DNA from: Candidatus Omnitrophota bacterium
GTDB taxonomy: Bacteria > Omnitrophota > Gorgyraeia > Duberdicusellales > 4484-171
Assembly: GCA_041652815.1 (NCBI GenBank)
Contig: JBAZGN010000004.1
Span: 79,890-143,889 of the forward strand
Direction: 5' to 3'
DNA: 64,000 nt
Shown: positions 8,546 to 20,377 of the stretch, one piece after another
How the letters are laid out: each line of letters opens with the position of its first letter
Numbering within the stretch: the first letter of the stretch is position 1
The notes under the pieces: generated by a model
What the model was told of the DNA's origin: nothing
Database searches by the model: none
What the model saw: the letters and a program-made list of their open reading frames with translations, nothing else
Made by a program: the position numbers and the translations under genes

Positions 8546-11356
8546 ATGAATGACTATATCATAATAAAGGGTGCCAAAGAGCACAACTTAAAGAATATAG
8601 ATTTAAAAATTCCAAAGAATAAGCTTGTCTGTATAACCGGTTTATCCGGCTCCGGTAAATCTTCTTTGGCGTTTGATACGATTTACGCCGAAGGCCAACG
8701 CCGCTACGTTGAAAGCCTTTCAAGCTACGCCCGTCAATTTTTAGAGCAATTGCATAAACCTGAGGTTGAACATATTGAAGGTTTATCTCCTGCTATTGCC
8801 ATTGAGCAAAGAACCGCAGGAGGTTCGCCTCGCTCAATTGTTGCTACGCAAACAGAAGTGTATGATTACTTAAGGCTTCTTTTTGCGCGTATTGGTAAGC
8901 CTCATTGCTATAAATGCGGAAAACCAATCAGCAAGCAAACTTCCCAGGAAATCATCGAAAAAATATTAGCTGTACCTTCAGGTAACAAGATATACATTCT
9001 TTCGCCGGTAATTCGTGGCAAAAAAGGCGAGTATTCAGCTTTATTTAGCAGGCTTATCAAAGAAGGGTTTTCTCGTGTACGTATTGACGGTAGTATCTAT
9101 GAGCTATCGGAAGAAATAAGATTAGCAAAATATAAAATTCATAATATAGAAATTGTTGTCGACAGGATACAGATTTCTTCTAATTATGCAAAAAGAATAG
9201 GCGATTCTGTAGAAACTGCTCTTAAACACTCAAATGGGTTGGTTATTGTGTATGATGAAACTCAGAATAAAGAATTTCTTTATAATTCGCAAATGAGTTG
9301 TTCAACCTGCGGTATTTCCATAGGTGAACTTGAACCAAGGATGTTCAGTTTTAATTCTCCTGACGGGGCTTGTCCTGCTTGTCGTGGTCTCGGGACTAAA
9401 CCTGAATTTGATACTGATTTAATAATACCCGATAAGAAAAAAACCTTAGAAGAAGGAGCTATAGAAGTCTGGCATCATGGAAGCCGCGGTTACGTAATGT
9501 TTCATAAGGCTTTGCTTAGAGAGCTATCTCATGAAGCAAATTTTTCTATGAGTACTCCATTTAAAGATTTACCCAAAGAAACAAGGCGCCTTATTTTGTA
9601 TGGAGCAGATGATGTGTATGTATGGGGAAAGCCTTATGAAGGGGTATTCAAACGGCTTGGAAGAATGTTCAGCAAGACCGAAAGCGCGTACATGAAAGAA
9701 GAGATAGCTAAATATATGTCAAAACTGCCTTGTCCGGAATGTAATGGGGCAAGAATCAGAAAAGAAAGCATAGCGGTGCGTGTAGGAGGAAAGTCTATTT
9801 GGGATATAGTTAAAATGAGCATAGGTGGCTGCCATGATTTTTTTGTCAGCCTTAAGCTAACTTCATACGAGGAAAAAATCGCATATTACATAATAAAAGA
9901 AATAAAAAAACGGTTTAGTTTTTGCATTGACGTGGGGCTTTCTTATCTTTCCCTGGACAGGCTAAGTTCGACACTTTCCGGAGGAGAAGCACAAAGGATA
10001 AGGCTCGCAACACAGGTCGGTTCTTCGCTTTCAGGCGTCATTTATATACTTGATGAACCAACCATAGGCCTGCATTCGCGCGACGATAAAAAACTTATCA
10101 ATACTTTAAAAAACTTAAGAGTTTTAGGAAATACCGTTATTGTTGTTGAGCATGATGAGCAGATGATAGACGCAAGTGACTGGGTAATTGACCTTGGCCC
10201 CGGAGCAGGCATAAATGGCGGCAGCATTGTATATAATGGAGCAAAAAAGGATGTTTTTAAGGCCAACACTCTTACCGCAAAATATTTACGCGGCGAAGAA
10301 AGAATAGAAATTCCAAAACACAGAAGGCCTTATGCCGATAAGCCTTATTTACATATAAAAAAAGCAACCGAACATAATCTTAAAAATATCGACATAAAAA
10401 TACCTCTTGAAGTTTTTGTTTGTGTAACCGGAGTGTCAGGTTCAGGAAAATCAACTTTGGTTGAGGATATATTGTATAAAGTATTGGCCAAAAATTTATA
10501 CGATTCCAGAGAAAAACCAGGAGCGCATAAAAAAATAGAGGGGCTTAATTCTGTCGATAAAGTAATAATTGTTGACCAGTCTCCGATAGGCAGAACTCCG
10601 CGTTCAAACCCGGCAACCTATACCGGGGTATTTACTTACATACGGGATGTTTTTAGCCAGCTTCCAGAAGCAAAACAAAGAGGGTATAAACCATCAAGGT
10701 TTAGCTTTAATGTCACAGGAGGCAGGTGCGAGGCCTGCCAGGGGGATGGAACAAAGAAAATAGAAATGCATTTTTTACCTGATGTGTATGTTCCTTGCGA
10801 AGTATGCGAAGGAAAAAGATTTAATAAGCAAACGCTTGAGATAACTTTTAAAGGAAAAAGCATATACGACTGCCTCATGATGAGTGTTGGCCAGGCCTAT
10901 GAGCTTTTCGAAAATTTTCCTCACATAAGGAATATTCTTAAAACAGTAGAGGATGTAGGATTGGGTTATATTACTTTGGGACAGGCTGCCACCACTCTTT
11001 CCGGCGGCGAAGCCCAAAGGATAAAGCTTGCCTCGCAGCTACGTAAAAAAGCAACAGGTAAAACTATCTATATACTGGATGAGCCCACAACAGGCCTGCA
11101 CTTTGACGATACAAAGAAGCTTTTGTCTGTACTCCATCGGCTTGTAGATAAAAAAAATACTGTTTTAGTTATTGAGCATAACCTCGATGTTATCAAATGC
11201 GCCGACTACATAATAGATTTGGGGCCGGAAGGCGGAGAGGCGGGTGGCTATCTTGTTGCTTGCGGAGCACCTGAAGAAGTTATAAAATATAAGTCTTCGT
11301 ATACGGGTATTTTTTTGAAAGAAAAATTAAAGCTATTGCAACCTAAAAAAATATGA
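8546..11356 (+). CDS. uvrA: Excinuclease ABC subunit A
   Basis: 936 aa; two ABC ATPase modules (GLSGSGKSSL, GVSGSGKSTL), zinc-finger CxxC pairs, LSGGEAQRI signature x2. Confidence 0.95.
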   Translation: MNDYIIIKGAKEHNLKNIDLKIPKNKLVCITGLSGSGKSSLAFDTIYAEGQRRYVESLSSYARQFLEQLHKPEVEHIEGLSPAIAIEQRTAGGSPRSIVATQTEVYDYLRLLFARIGKPHCYKCGKPISKQTSQEIIEKILAVPSGNKIYILSPVIRGKKGEYSALFSRLIKEGFSRVRIDGSIYELSEEIRLAKYKIHNIEIVVDRIQISSNYAKRIGDSVETALKHSNGLVIVYDETQNKEFLYNSQMSCSTCGISIGELEPRMFSFNSPDGACPACRGLGTKPEFDTDLIIPDKKKTLEEGAIEVWHHGSRGYVMFHKALLRELSHEANFSMSTPFKDLPKETRRLILYGADDVYVWGKPYEGVFKRLGRMFSKTESAYMKEEIAKYMSKLPCPECNGARIRKESIAVRVGGKSIWDIVKMSIGGCHDFFVSLKLTSYEEKIAYYIIKEIKKRFSFCIDVGLSYLSLDRLSSTLSGGEAQRIRLATQVGSSLSGVIYILDEPTIGLHSRDDKKLINTLKNLRVLGNTVIVVEHDEQMIDASDWVIDLGPGAGINGGSIVYNGAKKDVFKANTLTAKYLRGEERIEIPKHRRPYADKPYLHIKKATEHNLKNIDIKIPLEVFVCVTGVSGSGKSTLVEDILYKVLAKNLYDSREKPGAHKKIEGLNSVDKVIIVDQSPIGRTPRSNPATYTGVFTYIRDVFSQLPEAKQRGYKPSRFSFNVTGGRCEACQGDGTKKIEMHFLPDVYVPCEVCEGKRFNKQTLEITFKGKSIYDCLMMSVGQAYELFENFPHIRNILKTVEDVGLGYITLGQAATTLSGGEAQRIKLASQLRKKATGKTIYILDEPTTGLHFDDTKKLLSVLHRLVDKKNTVLVIEHNLDVIKCADYIIDLGPEGGEAGGYLVACGAPEEVIKYKSSYTGIFLKEKLKLLQPKKI

Positions 11357-13806
11357 AAATAGCAAAAAGGATTATCCTGATTTTTATCTTGATGCTTTCC
11401 TTAACCCAGGCAATTTTTGCTCTGGATAATGAAGAAGAAAAATTTTTCGTAGCGAGTAAGGCCTTCTCCGACGGGTTTTACGAAGCAAGCTTTTCGCTTT
11501 TTAAAAAATTTACAGAAGACTTTCCAGGCAGTAAGAATGTTTACAATGCTAAATTGTATATGGCAAAATGCCTTTATTATAAGGGTGATTATTCTGCCGC
11601 GCTGCCTATCCTAAATGACTTACTCTCAAAGCCTGACGCATCAGATGTTTATGATGAAGTCAACTATTTGCTTGCTCAGGTTTATTCAAGAGGGAAGAAT
11701 TTTTCCAATTCGCTTATCTGCGCAAAAAAAATCATTTCTGATTATCCTCAATCAAAGTTTCTTTGGCAGGCTTACTATCTGGCAGGAGTGAATTCGCTTG
11801 AGCTGGGAGATGTGGCTGCAGCCCAGGATTATCTTGAGCAGGCAATCTCACAGAGTAAAGAAAATGATACTATCGATAATGCCTATTCCAGCCTTTTTGA
11901 TTTCTATTTTCAAAAAAAGAACTACCCACGTATTATTTCCCTTGGAGAAAAATACGAAAAATTTTTGAAAGCTTATCCGAAAAGCAAAATTATTGCTACC
12001 ACCTATTTTTATCTCGGAGAATCTTTTTATGACCGCAAGGATTTCGAGCGTGCCAGCCGATATTATCGTCGTGCCTTGGAGGCAAGCAGCGATGATTATC
12101 TTGATGATTTAATTTATCAGGGGCTCGTCTTTTCCTCAGTAGCTAGAGGGAACAATGAAGAAGCAAAGAGCAGTATTTCTGAAATAAAGGATGCGCAGGT
12201 TAAGCTTTTTTGCGAGGGCACTTTTTATTTTCGTACAGGCAACTATCAAAATGCTTTAGATGCTTTCGAGAAATTTTTGAGAGATTTTTCGCAAAGCAAG
12301 ATGGTTTCGAATATTTACCTCGCAAAAGCTGATACGTTGTATGAAATGGGCAGAATCAATGATTCTTTGTCAGCATACAAGTATATTCTCGATAAGTTTA
12401 AAAATGCTCAATATTCAGATGTGCTCGATAAGGCACATTACGGGCTCGCGTGGTGCTATCTTAAAAAGGGAGAGTTCAAAAAGGCAATTGACGAATTTAA
12501 GAATACCTTAAAATATACGAATAACCAGGTTGTTATGGTAAGTTCGCAGATTCAAATAGCCGATGCCTATCAGGAGGCAGGTAATTTTAATCAGGCGCTG
12601 GATGTATATAATGAAATTCTCGCAAATAACCCAAATACGGTTTATACGGATTATATACAATTTCAGATAGGCATGGTTTTTTTGAAAAGTAAAAAATTAG
12701 AAGAATCTCTTGTCGCGTTACGAAATTTACAGAAAAATTTCCCATCTTCTAAGCTTATTCCTCAAGCGCAATATTATCTGGCAGTCGGCTACTTTAGCCA
12801 GGATAATTATCAGGAAACAAAATTGCTTCTGGAAGATTTTATGAAAAAGTTCCCGCAGGACGAGTTACTTGCGCGCGTTTATTACTTGTATGGAAAATGC
12901 TTTTTTAATGAAGGGAAATATCAAAAAGCAGCCGACACCTTTAAGGAAATGATAGATAAATTTAAGGATAGCCAAACGCAAGAGCTTGGATTTATAGATA
13001 TAGGCAACTGTTATCTTAATTTATCGGAGTTTGATAAAGCAAGAAAAACATGGGAAGAGTTTCTGATTAAATTTAAATCCTCTCCATATGCAGCGTCTGT
13101 CGCGTTATATCTTGGCGGGTTATACGAAAAAGAGCAGAATTACGTTGAAGCAGAAAAATATTATAGGATGACACTTGATAATTACCAGGATTCTTCAATT
13201 GCCGCGGAAGCCATGTTTTCATTAGGGCATCTTGCCATGATGAAGGAAGATTATACAAAGGCAGAAGATTATTTTAGAAAAATAGCGCTTTCAGATGACC
13301 CGGTTTCCCTGAAAGCAAAAATTTATCTTGCAAAGATTTATGCGCGTAAAGGTTTAACTAAAGATGCGCTAGGCGTTTATGATGATTTGATAAGCGCTTC
13401 TCCCAGTATTTCAAAGGCAGCAATGCTGGAGAAGGCATTACTGCTTAAAGATACCAGGGAATACGAACCGGCAAGTAAGCTTTTTAAAAAGCTGATTGGT
13501 GAAGGGGTGGATTCTATGGAAGTGAGATTCTCTTTAGCCTTTTGTTTAGAAAAAATGGAAAAAAATAAGGAAGCCATAGAGGAATATTTTAAGGTAATTT
13601 ATCTATTTTCTTCGGCAAAAGATTCTTCGGTTAAGGAATCGGATAGCGACTATGATGTTAAGGCGTATTTTAGAATTGCAAAAATTTATGAGAAAGAAAA
13701 TAGAATAGAAGCTGCAAAAGAGCTTTATCAAAAGATAGCAGGTTTTAATACCGAAGAGTCAAAAATTGCCAAGGTGCGCCTGGAAGAACTAGGTAAGAGT
13801 AAGTAA
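11353..13806 (+). CDS. Secreted tetratricopeptide-repeat protein
   Basis: 817 aa; signal peptide; many TPR-like 34-aa repeats (A..Y..G..Y..A). Confidence 0.7.
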   Translation: MKIAKRIILIFILMLSLTQAIFALDNEEEKFFVASKAFSDGFYEASFSLFKKFTEDFPGSKNVYNAKLYMAKCLYYKGDYSAALPILNDLLSKPDASDVYDEVNYLLAQVYSRGKNFSNSLICAKKIISDYPQSKFLWQAYYLAGVNSLELGDVAAAQDYLEQAISQSKENDTIDNAYSSLFDFYFQKKNYPRIISLGEKYEKFLKAYPKSKIIATTYFYLGESFYDRKDFERASRYYRRALEASSDDYLDDLIYQGLVFSSVARGNNEEAKSSISEIKDAQVKLFCEGTFYFRTGNYQNALDAFEKFLRDFSQSKMVSNIYLAKADTLYEMGRINDSLSAYKYILDKFKNAQYSDVLDKAHYGLAWCYLKKGEFKKAIDEFKNTLKYTNNQVVMVSSQIQIADAYQEAGNFNQALDVYNEILANNPNTVYTDYIQFQIGMVFLKSKKLEESLVALRNLQKNFPSSKLIPQAQYYLAVGYFSQDNYQETKLLLEDFMKKFPQDELLARVYYLYGKCFFNEGKYQKAADTFKEMIDKFKDSQTQELGFIDIGNCYLNLSEFDKARKTWEEFLIKFKSSPYAASVALYLGGLYEKEQNYVEAEKYYRMTLDNYQDSSIAAEAMFSLGHLAMMKEDYTKAEDYFRKIALSDDPVSLKAKIYLAKIYARKGLTKDALGVYDDLISASPSISKAAMLEKALLLKDTREYEPASKLFKKLIGEGVDSMEVRFSLAFCLEKMEKNKEAIEEYFKVIYLFSSAKDSSVKESDSDYDVKAYFRIAKIYEKENRIEAAKELYQKIAGFNTEESKIAKVRLEELGKSK

Positions 13807-13905
13807 TAGAAGCGGATTACCGCGGATTAAAACGCGGATTGCCGAAAGCTGAGTTAGCGTGCGTAAATCCGCGTAAATATCCGCGGTAATCCGCTTCTAC
13901 AAAAA
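13807..13905. repeat. Word-palindrome (3x GCGGATT / 3x AATCCGC), probable terminator hairpin
   Basis: tagaagcggattaccgcggatt...aatccgcggtaatccgcttcta; the outer 22 nt are perfectly inverted. Confidence 0.7.
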
Positions 13906-13916
13906 AGGGGGACATA

Positions 13917-14552
13917 ATGTGGCTGTGGATATCTAAGGGTGGCTTAATGATGGTGCCTATTATGCTCTGTTCAGTATTTACTTTAGCTATTATTGTTGAG
14001 CGTATTTTATTCTATTTTTCAAAGATTAAAGTAAATAGCCAGGATTTACTCAATCAAATAGTAGATCGTGTGCGTAAAAACAAAATTTCAGAGGCGGTTG
14101 ATATGTGCGAAAAAAATCCGTATTATATGACAAACATATTAAAAGCAGGTTTGGTTTATTACGAAGATTCCAGAGAGGCCATAAAAGAGGCCATAGAAAC
14201 TGCTTCGCTTTATGAGTTGCCTAAATTGGAGAAAAATTTAAGTTTCTTAAATATGTTGGCCAATATAACACCATTGCTTGGGCTTTTAGGCACGGCTATC
14301 GGTTTATTCAAAAGCTTCTATGCAATTTCACAAAAAGCAATTAGTGTTGGGATCGTTGCACAAGCTGATATAGCAATCGGTTTATGGCAGTCGTTAATTG
14401 TTACGGTAAGCGCTCTGGCAGTTGCGCTACTTGCGTCAATATTCTATCAATATTTTGTGCACAAGGTTAATTTTTATATTCTTGAAGCAGAGAGAGCTTC
14501 CGGAGAAGTGCTGGAAGCTTTGTCTCAGAGGAGATATGCAGGTGAAATTTAA
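13917..14552 (+). CDS. exbB: MotA/TolQ/ExbB proton-channel family protein
   Basis: 211 aa; 3 TM; LGLLGTAIGL motif of the TolQ/ExbB family. Confidence 0.8.
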   Translation: MWLWISKGGLMMVPIMLCSVFTLAIIVERILFYFSKIKVNSQDLLNQIVDRVRKNKISEAVDMCEKNPYYMTNILKAGLVYYEDSREAIKEAIETASLYELPKLEKNLSFLNMLANITPLLGLLGTAIGLFKSFYAISQKAISVGIVAQADIAIGLWQSLIVTVSALAVALLASIFYQYFVHKVNFYILEAERASGEVLEALSQRRYAGEI

Positions 14553-14931
14553 AAGGCGCCTGGGAAAAACCTCTTATTTCAATCAGGTAAACAATATTTC
14601 TTTTTTAAATATATTATTGTTATTCTTTGCTTTTCTTATGCTCGGTACCGGCTTTGCGATTGTGCCGGGATTGAACGTTAAACTCCCAAATGTTGTAACC
14701 TCAAAAGAGTTAAGTAAGATGATTGATGTCAGGATTTCAGATGACGATACAATATATATACAGGGTAAGCCGGCATTTATCAAAGATGTGGCTATATTCT
14801 TGAAAAAAAACAAGTATGATACTGTTTTTATCAAGGCAGACAAAAATTCAAATGTAGGAGTTTTAACCGAAGTATGGCAGGCCTGCAAAGAAGCAGGCAT
14901 AGGACGGATAAGCTTTGTTACAAACCAGTGA
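14536..14931 (+). CDS. exbD: ExbD/TolR family biopolymer transport protein
   Basis: Internal ATG of ORF 14422..14931 preceded by GGAG; single TM then ExbD-like periplasmic domain; 17-nt overlap with exbB. Confidence 0.7.
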   Translation: MQVKFKRRLGKTSYFNQVNNISFLNILLLFFAFLMLGTGFAIVPGLNVKLPNVVTSKELSKMIDVRISDDDTIYIQGKPAFIKDVAIFLKKNKYDTVFIKADKNSNVGVLTEVWQACKEAGIGRISFVTNQ

Positions 14932-14934
14932 TTT

Positions 14935-15105
14935 AATATAATAGTAACGCCTATGAGACTAAATAACCAAGATACAAGAAACAATAACCAAACAATAAAC
15001 AATATTCAAATTCCAATAACCAAACATTTCTGTTTGGTTATTGGTGATTGAGATTTGAATATTGTTTGTGTCTTGTCTCTTGGTTATTGGTTATTTTAAT
15101 CATGC
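14935..15105. repeat. Word-palindrome (AATAACCAA words / TTGGTTATT words)
   Basis: 5 direct copies of (a)ataacca then their reverse complements in the exbD-lgt spacer. Confidence 0.6.
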
Positions 15106-15125
15106 GGCAATAAAATTAAATAAAA

Positions 15126-15902
15126 ATGCATCCAATACTTTTCAAATTCGGTTCATTTACCATATATACTTATGGATTTTTTGTTTTTTTAGGAGTTTTG
15201 TTCGGATACTTTTTCTGCCTAAAGCAAGCCAAACGGGAAAACATAAACAAAAGTGTATTCTCCGATATAATTTTCTGGACTCTTATTTTTTCTTTTCTTG
15301 GCGCAAGAGTTTTTTATATATTCGCAGATTTTGAAAATTTTCTGCTTAATCCCTTGGAAATATTATTAAGCAGAAGCGGGTTTGTTTTTTATGGAGGAGT
15401 AGTTTTCGGGATAATTGCGCTTTATGCCCTGGCTAAGCTGCATAAAATAAATTTTTTTAAATTATCTGATATAATTGTTTCAGGTGTTCCCCTGGCGCAT
15501 GCCTTTGGAAGGCTGGGGTGTTTTTCTTATGGTTGTTGTTACGGCCGGCCAACTGATTCGTTTCTTGGCGTTTTATTTCCGAAAGATTCTCCTGCGGGTT
15601 TCGCAGGAGTTCGTGTGATACCTACGCAGTTAATAGAAGCATTGTCGCTTTTCTTGCTTTTTCTTGCTCTAATATTTTTGAGAAAGCGAAAGAAGTTTGA
15701 CGGCCAGCTTTTGGCATTTTATCTGATTTTTTATTCAATCATCAGATTTATTATCGAATTTCTCCGGGGCGATCCAAGAGGCAGTGTATTCTTCCTTTCG
15801 CTTTCGCAGTTTATTTCAGTAATTCTTATGGTTTTCGGTATATTTTTGCATTTCTGGCTTAGGCTGCGCAAACAGCAGGAAAAAACGAATAAAACTATAT
15901 AA
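15126..15902 (+). CDS. lgt: Prolipoprotein diacylglyceryl transferase
   Basis: 258 aa; polytopic; GRLGCFSYGCCYGRPT resembles the Lgt signature GR.GNF.N.E.WG. Confidence 0.8.
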   Translation: MHPILFKFGSFTIYTYGFFVFLGVLFGYFFCLKQAKRENINKSVFSDIIFWTLIFSFLGARVFYIFADFENFLLNPLEILLSRSGFVFYGGVVFGIIALYALAKLHKINFFKLSDIIVSGVPLAHAFGRLGCFSYGCCYGRPTDSFLGVLFPKDSPAGFAGVRVIPTQLIEALSLFLLFLALIFLRKRKKFDGQLLAFYLIFYSIIRFIIEFLRGDPRGSVFFLSLSQFISVILMVFGIFLHFWLRLRKQQEKTNKTI

Positions 15903-15905
15903 TCT

Positions 15906-17516
15906 ATGAGTATGTTAAAAGTTGCATTAGCTCAAATAAATCCTTGCGTTGGAGATTTGGATTATAATGCGAATAAAATCATTTCTAATATCAAGAGGGC
16001 AAAGAAAGCAAAGGCAGATATCGTTATATTTCCGGAATTGTCCCTTACGGGTTATCCACCGGAGGACCTTTTACTTAAGCCGCATTTCATTGATGAAAAT
16101 CTGCGCTATTTGAAGATTATTGAGAAAGAGTCAAAAGGCATAATAGTGCTTTTAGGATTTGTAGATAAATGCAACGATAGGATATATAATTCCTGCGCTT
16201 TTTTAAAAGATGGTAAGTTAAAAGATGTTTACCGGAAAATTTATCTTCCGAATTATGGAGTTTTTGATGAAAAACGATATTTTGTGCCCGGAAATCTTCT
16301 GTCCTTCTATGCATTTAAGGGGTATAAATTCTGTGTTAGCATATGCGAGGACATATGGAGAAAAGGTTTTGTAAACAACTTGGCCAGTAAAAAACTCGAT
16401 TTTATCATTAATATATCTGCTTCTCCGTTTCATCTCGGGAAAATCTCCATGCGGGAAGAAATTATTTCAAATCTTGCTAAACAAACCAATGCTTTTGTGT
16501 TTTACGCTGATTTAGTAGGAGGCCAGGACGAGCTTGTGTTTGATGGCACCAGTATGGTAGTTTCTCCTTCTGGCAAGATAGCTGCGGTTGCGAACAGGTT
16601 TAAGGAAGATTTTCTGCTTTTTGAATTGGGTAACAATAAAAAGTATCCCGTAAAGAAGATATCCATAAAGCAAGAAGACGAGGCGTTTTCTGCACTTAGG
16701 CTTGGTTTATGCGATTATGTGCATAAAAATAGTTTCAAGCGGGTTATAATCGGTGTAAGCGGAGGAATTGATTCTGCTGTTGTTGCGGCTCTCGCGGCGT
16801 CTGCTCTTGGAAAAGATAATGTCTGTGCGCTTATTATGCCTTCACGCTATACATCCAAAGCAACTTTTACGGATGCGAAAATCTTATGCGAAAATCTAGG
16901 TATAGATTATAAAATTATAAATATAAATGAAATGCTTGACGCATATTTAAAAATACTTTGGCCGCTGTTTAAGAAAAAAGATGGCACCAAGACGGAAGAA
17001 AATCTACAGGCAAGAATAAGAGGCAATTTGCTTATGGCTTATTCCAACGAGTTCGGATACCTTGTATTAAATACAGGAAATAAGAGCGAGGTTTCCTGCG
17101 GTTATTGCACTCTTTATGGCGATATGGTGGGCGGGTTTGGGTTGCTGAAAGATATACCGAAAATGCTGGTTTATAAAATCGCACGCTACATTAATCATAT
17201 TTATCCTAAGCCGGCAATCCCGCTTTCGGTTATACGCAGGGCCCCTTCAGCGGAACTTAAGCCCAATCAGAAGGACACGGATAGCTTGCCGCCGTATTCA
17301 TTGCTTGACCCGATTGTAAAATTATATGTCGAAGATGATTTTTCACTTGAAAAAATCGTAAAAAAAGGCTTTAATCAGAAACTGGCCCGTAAGGTAATGA
17401 CAATGATTGACTCAAGTGAGTATAAGCGCAGGCAAGGCCCAATAGGTATAAAAATTACGCCCCGCGCTTTTGGCAAAGACAGGCGTATGCCGATTACCAA
17501 CAAATTTAATTATTGA
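15906..17516 (+). CDS. nadE: Glutamine-dependent NAD+ synthetase
   Basis: 536 aa; N-terminal CN-hydrolase domain plus C-terminal PP-loop SGGIDS NAD synthetase domain. Confidence 0.9.
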   Translation: MSMLKVALAQINPCVGDLDYNANKIISNIKRAKKAKADIVIFPELSLTGYPPEDLLLKPHFIDENLRYLKIIEKESKGIIVLLGFVDKCNDRIYNSCAFLKDGKLKDVYRKIYLPNYGVFDEKRYFVPGNLLSFYAFKGYKFCVSICEDIWRKGFVNNLASKKLDFIINISASPFHLGKISMREEIISNLAKQTNAFVFYADLVGGQDELVFDGTSMVVSPSGKIAAVANRFKEDFLLFELGNNKKYPVKKISIKQEDEAFSALRLGLCDYVHKNSFKRVIIGVSGGIDSAVVAALAASALGKDNVCALIMPSRYTSKATFTDAKILCENLGIDYKIININEMLDAYLKILWPLFKKKDGTKTEENLQARIRGNLLMAYSNEFGYLVLNTGNKSEVSCGYCTLYGDMVGGFGLLKDIPKMLVYKIARYINHIYPKPAIPLSVIRRAPSAELKPNQKDTDSLPPYSLLDPIVKLYVEDDFSLEKIVKKGFNQKLARKVMTMIDSSEYKRRQGPIGIKITPRAFGKDRRMPITNKFNY

Positions 17517-17519
17517 TAA

Positions 17520-19298
<1,779 letters not shown>

Positions 19299-19382
19299 GT
19301 TGTTACAATCTACAGCACAGATATTTGCTCATTGTTAGAAAATATATTCGCGGGGTGGAGCAGACAGGTAGCTCGCAAGGCT

Positions 19383-20044
19383 CGATGGATACAAAACTTA
19401 AAGCTGACATTGCGGAATCAGCCGTAATCACTGAACTTCTTAAAAGAGGTTTTAGGGTGTTACGGCCGTAGGCGATAGGCTTTCCTATGATTTGGGTGTA
19501 GATTTTCAAGGAGAGTTTATCCGTATCCAGGTAAAAAGCGCGTGGTTTAACACAAAGGACAAGTGTTATATCGTTGATGCTCGGCGAACTAAGACTAATC
19601 GCCGGCGTATGTTAAGAGCGCATTACCGCAAGAACGACTTTGATTTCGCAATTGTTTACATCGCTGATTCAAATGTGTTCTACGTTATGCCTATAGCCGC
19701 GTTCTCTGGTTATAAAAGCACCATACATTTGTTGAATCAAAAAAGCGGCAGCGTGGGCCAAAAACAGCGATTTACAGAGAGCGATGGGATTTGTTATCCA
19801 ATGGGTCCCTCAGTCGGTAACGATTGATGGAAAACTTGTCAAATTCGGTGAAACTCTCGATGTTAAGTCAGAGCAATACCGAGCCAAGCCTTGACATTGC
19901 GTCAAGGAAGGTGTAGAGACTAGGTGGCAGGGACCCAACGCTAATTTAAAGTGTAACATAATTAGTGCTGGGTTAAGGTATAGTCCAGACTACAAACTCT
20001 TAACAAGCAGTTGTTAGGGGGCAGTGAAAACTGTAGCAGTAAAG
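19383..20044 (+). ncRNA. Group I intron (IC3-like, Azoarcus/cyanobacterial tRNA-intron type) carrying an ORF
   Basis: Core elements tcaaattcggtgaaact (P3/P4), gagccaagcc, gtgtagagactag (P7 5'), aaggtatagtccaga (P7 3'); omega G before the 3' exon. Confidence 0.8.
19385..19827 (+). pseudogene. Intron-encoded PD-(D/E)XK (Hjc/YraN-like, I-Ssp6803I-type) homing endonuclease, -1 frameshifted
   Basis: Frame 1 MDTKLKADIAESAVITELLKRGFRVLRP* stops at 19469-71; it continues in ORF 19492..19827 frame (GDRLSYDLGVDFQGEFIRIQVKSAW...), giving an E...D...(I/V)xVK nuclease motif. Confidence 0.55.
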
Positions 20045-20224
20045 CATAACCTTGAGGTCACAGGTTCAAATCCTGTCCCCGCAATGTCTTCTTTTTTACA
20101 TCATTTTCAAGCCAACGACACCATTCTTTTAACAATAGTAATATTTGGATGTAATAGTGCCTTCGGCACACTCCGCCTTCGGCGGAGATTACATACAAAT
20201 CCTGTCCCCGCAATGTCTTAAATT

Positions 20225-20270
20225 GAAGGCGTAGATTGAAGAAATTCAGTCTACGCCTTCGTTGTTTTTC
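20225..20270 (+). terminator. Rho-independent terminator
   Basis: gaaggcgtagattgaagaaattcagtctacgccttc stem followed by gttgttttt. Confidence 0.6.
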
Positions 20271-20377
20271 TCCCAGCTAAATTATTATCAAAAGTTCTAC
20301 CAAAAATTTTATTCTGTAATATAATAGAATATAATATACTGATATTATTATAAGGTATTTGTGATAATAGGGAATTT

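Larger units (their letters stand above)
19349..20084 (+). tRNA. tRNA-fMet(CAU) interrupted by a 662-nt group I intron after U33
   Basis: 5' exon cgcggggtggagcagacaggtagctcgcaaggct is near-identical to bacterial initiator tRNA; 3' exon cataaccttgaggtcacaggttcaaatcctgtccccgcaa; intron 19383..20044 ends in G. Confidence 0.85.

Noticed and set aside
14422-14535. 5' extension of exbD ORF from 14422
   Set aside because: It would overlap exbB by 130 nt. The internal ATG at 14536 has an RBS and gives a normal ExbD N-terminus
20024-20221. ORF 20024..20221 (+) 65 aa
   Set aside because: It spans the intron 3' end, the tRNA-fMet 3' exon and the duplicated tRNA fragment, so coding is implausible
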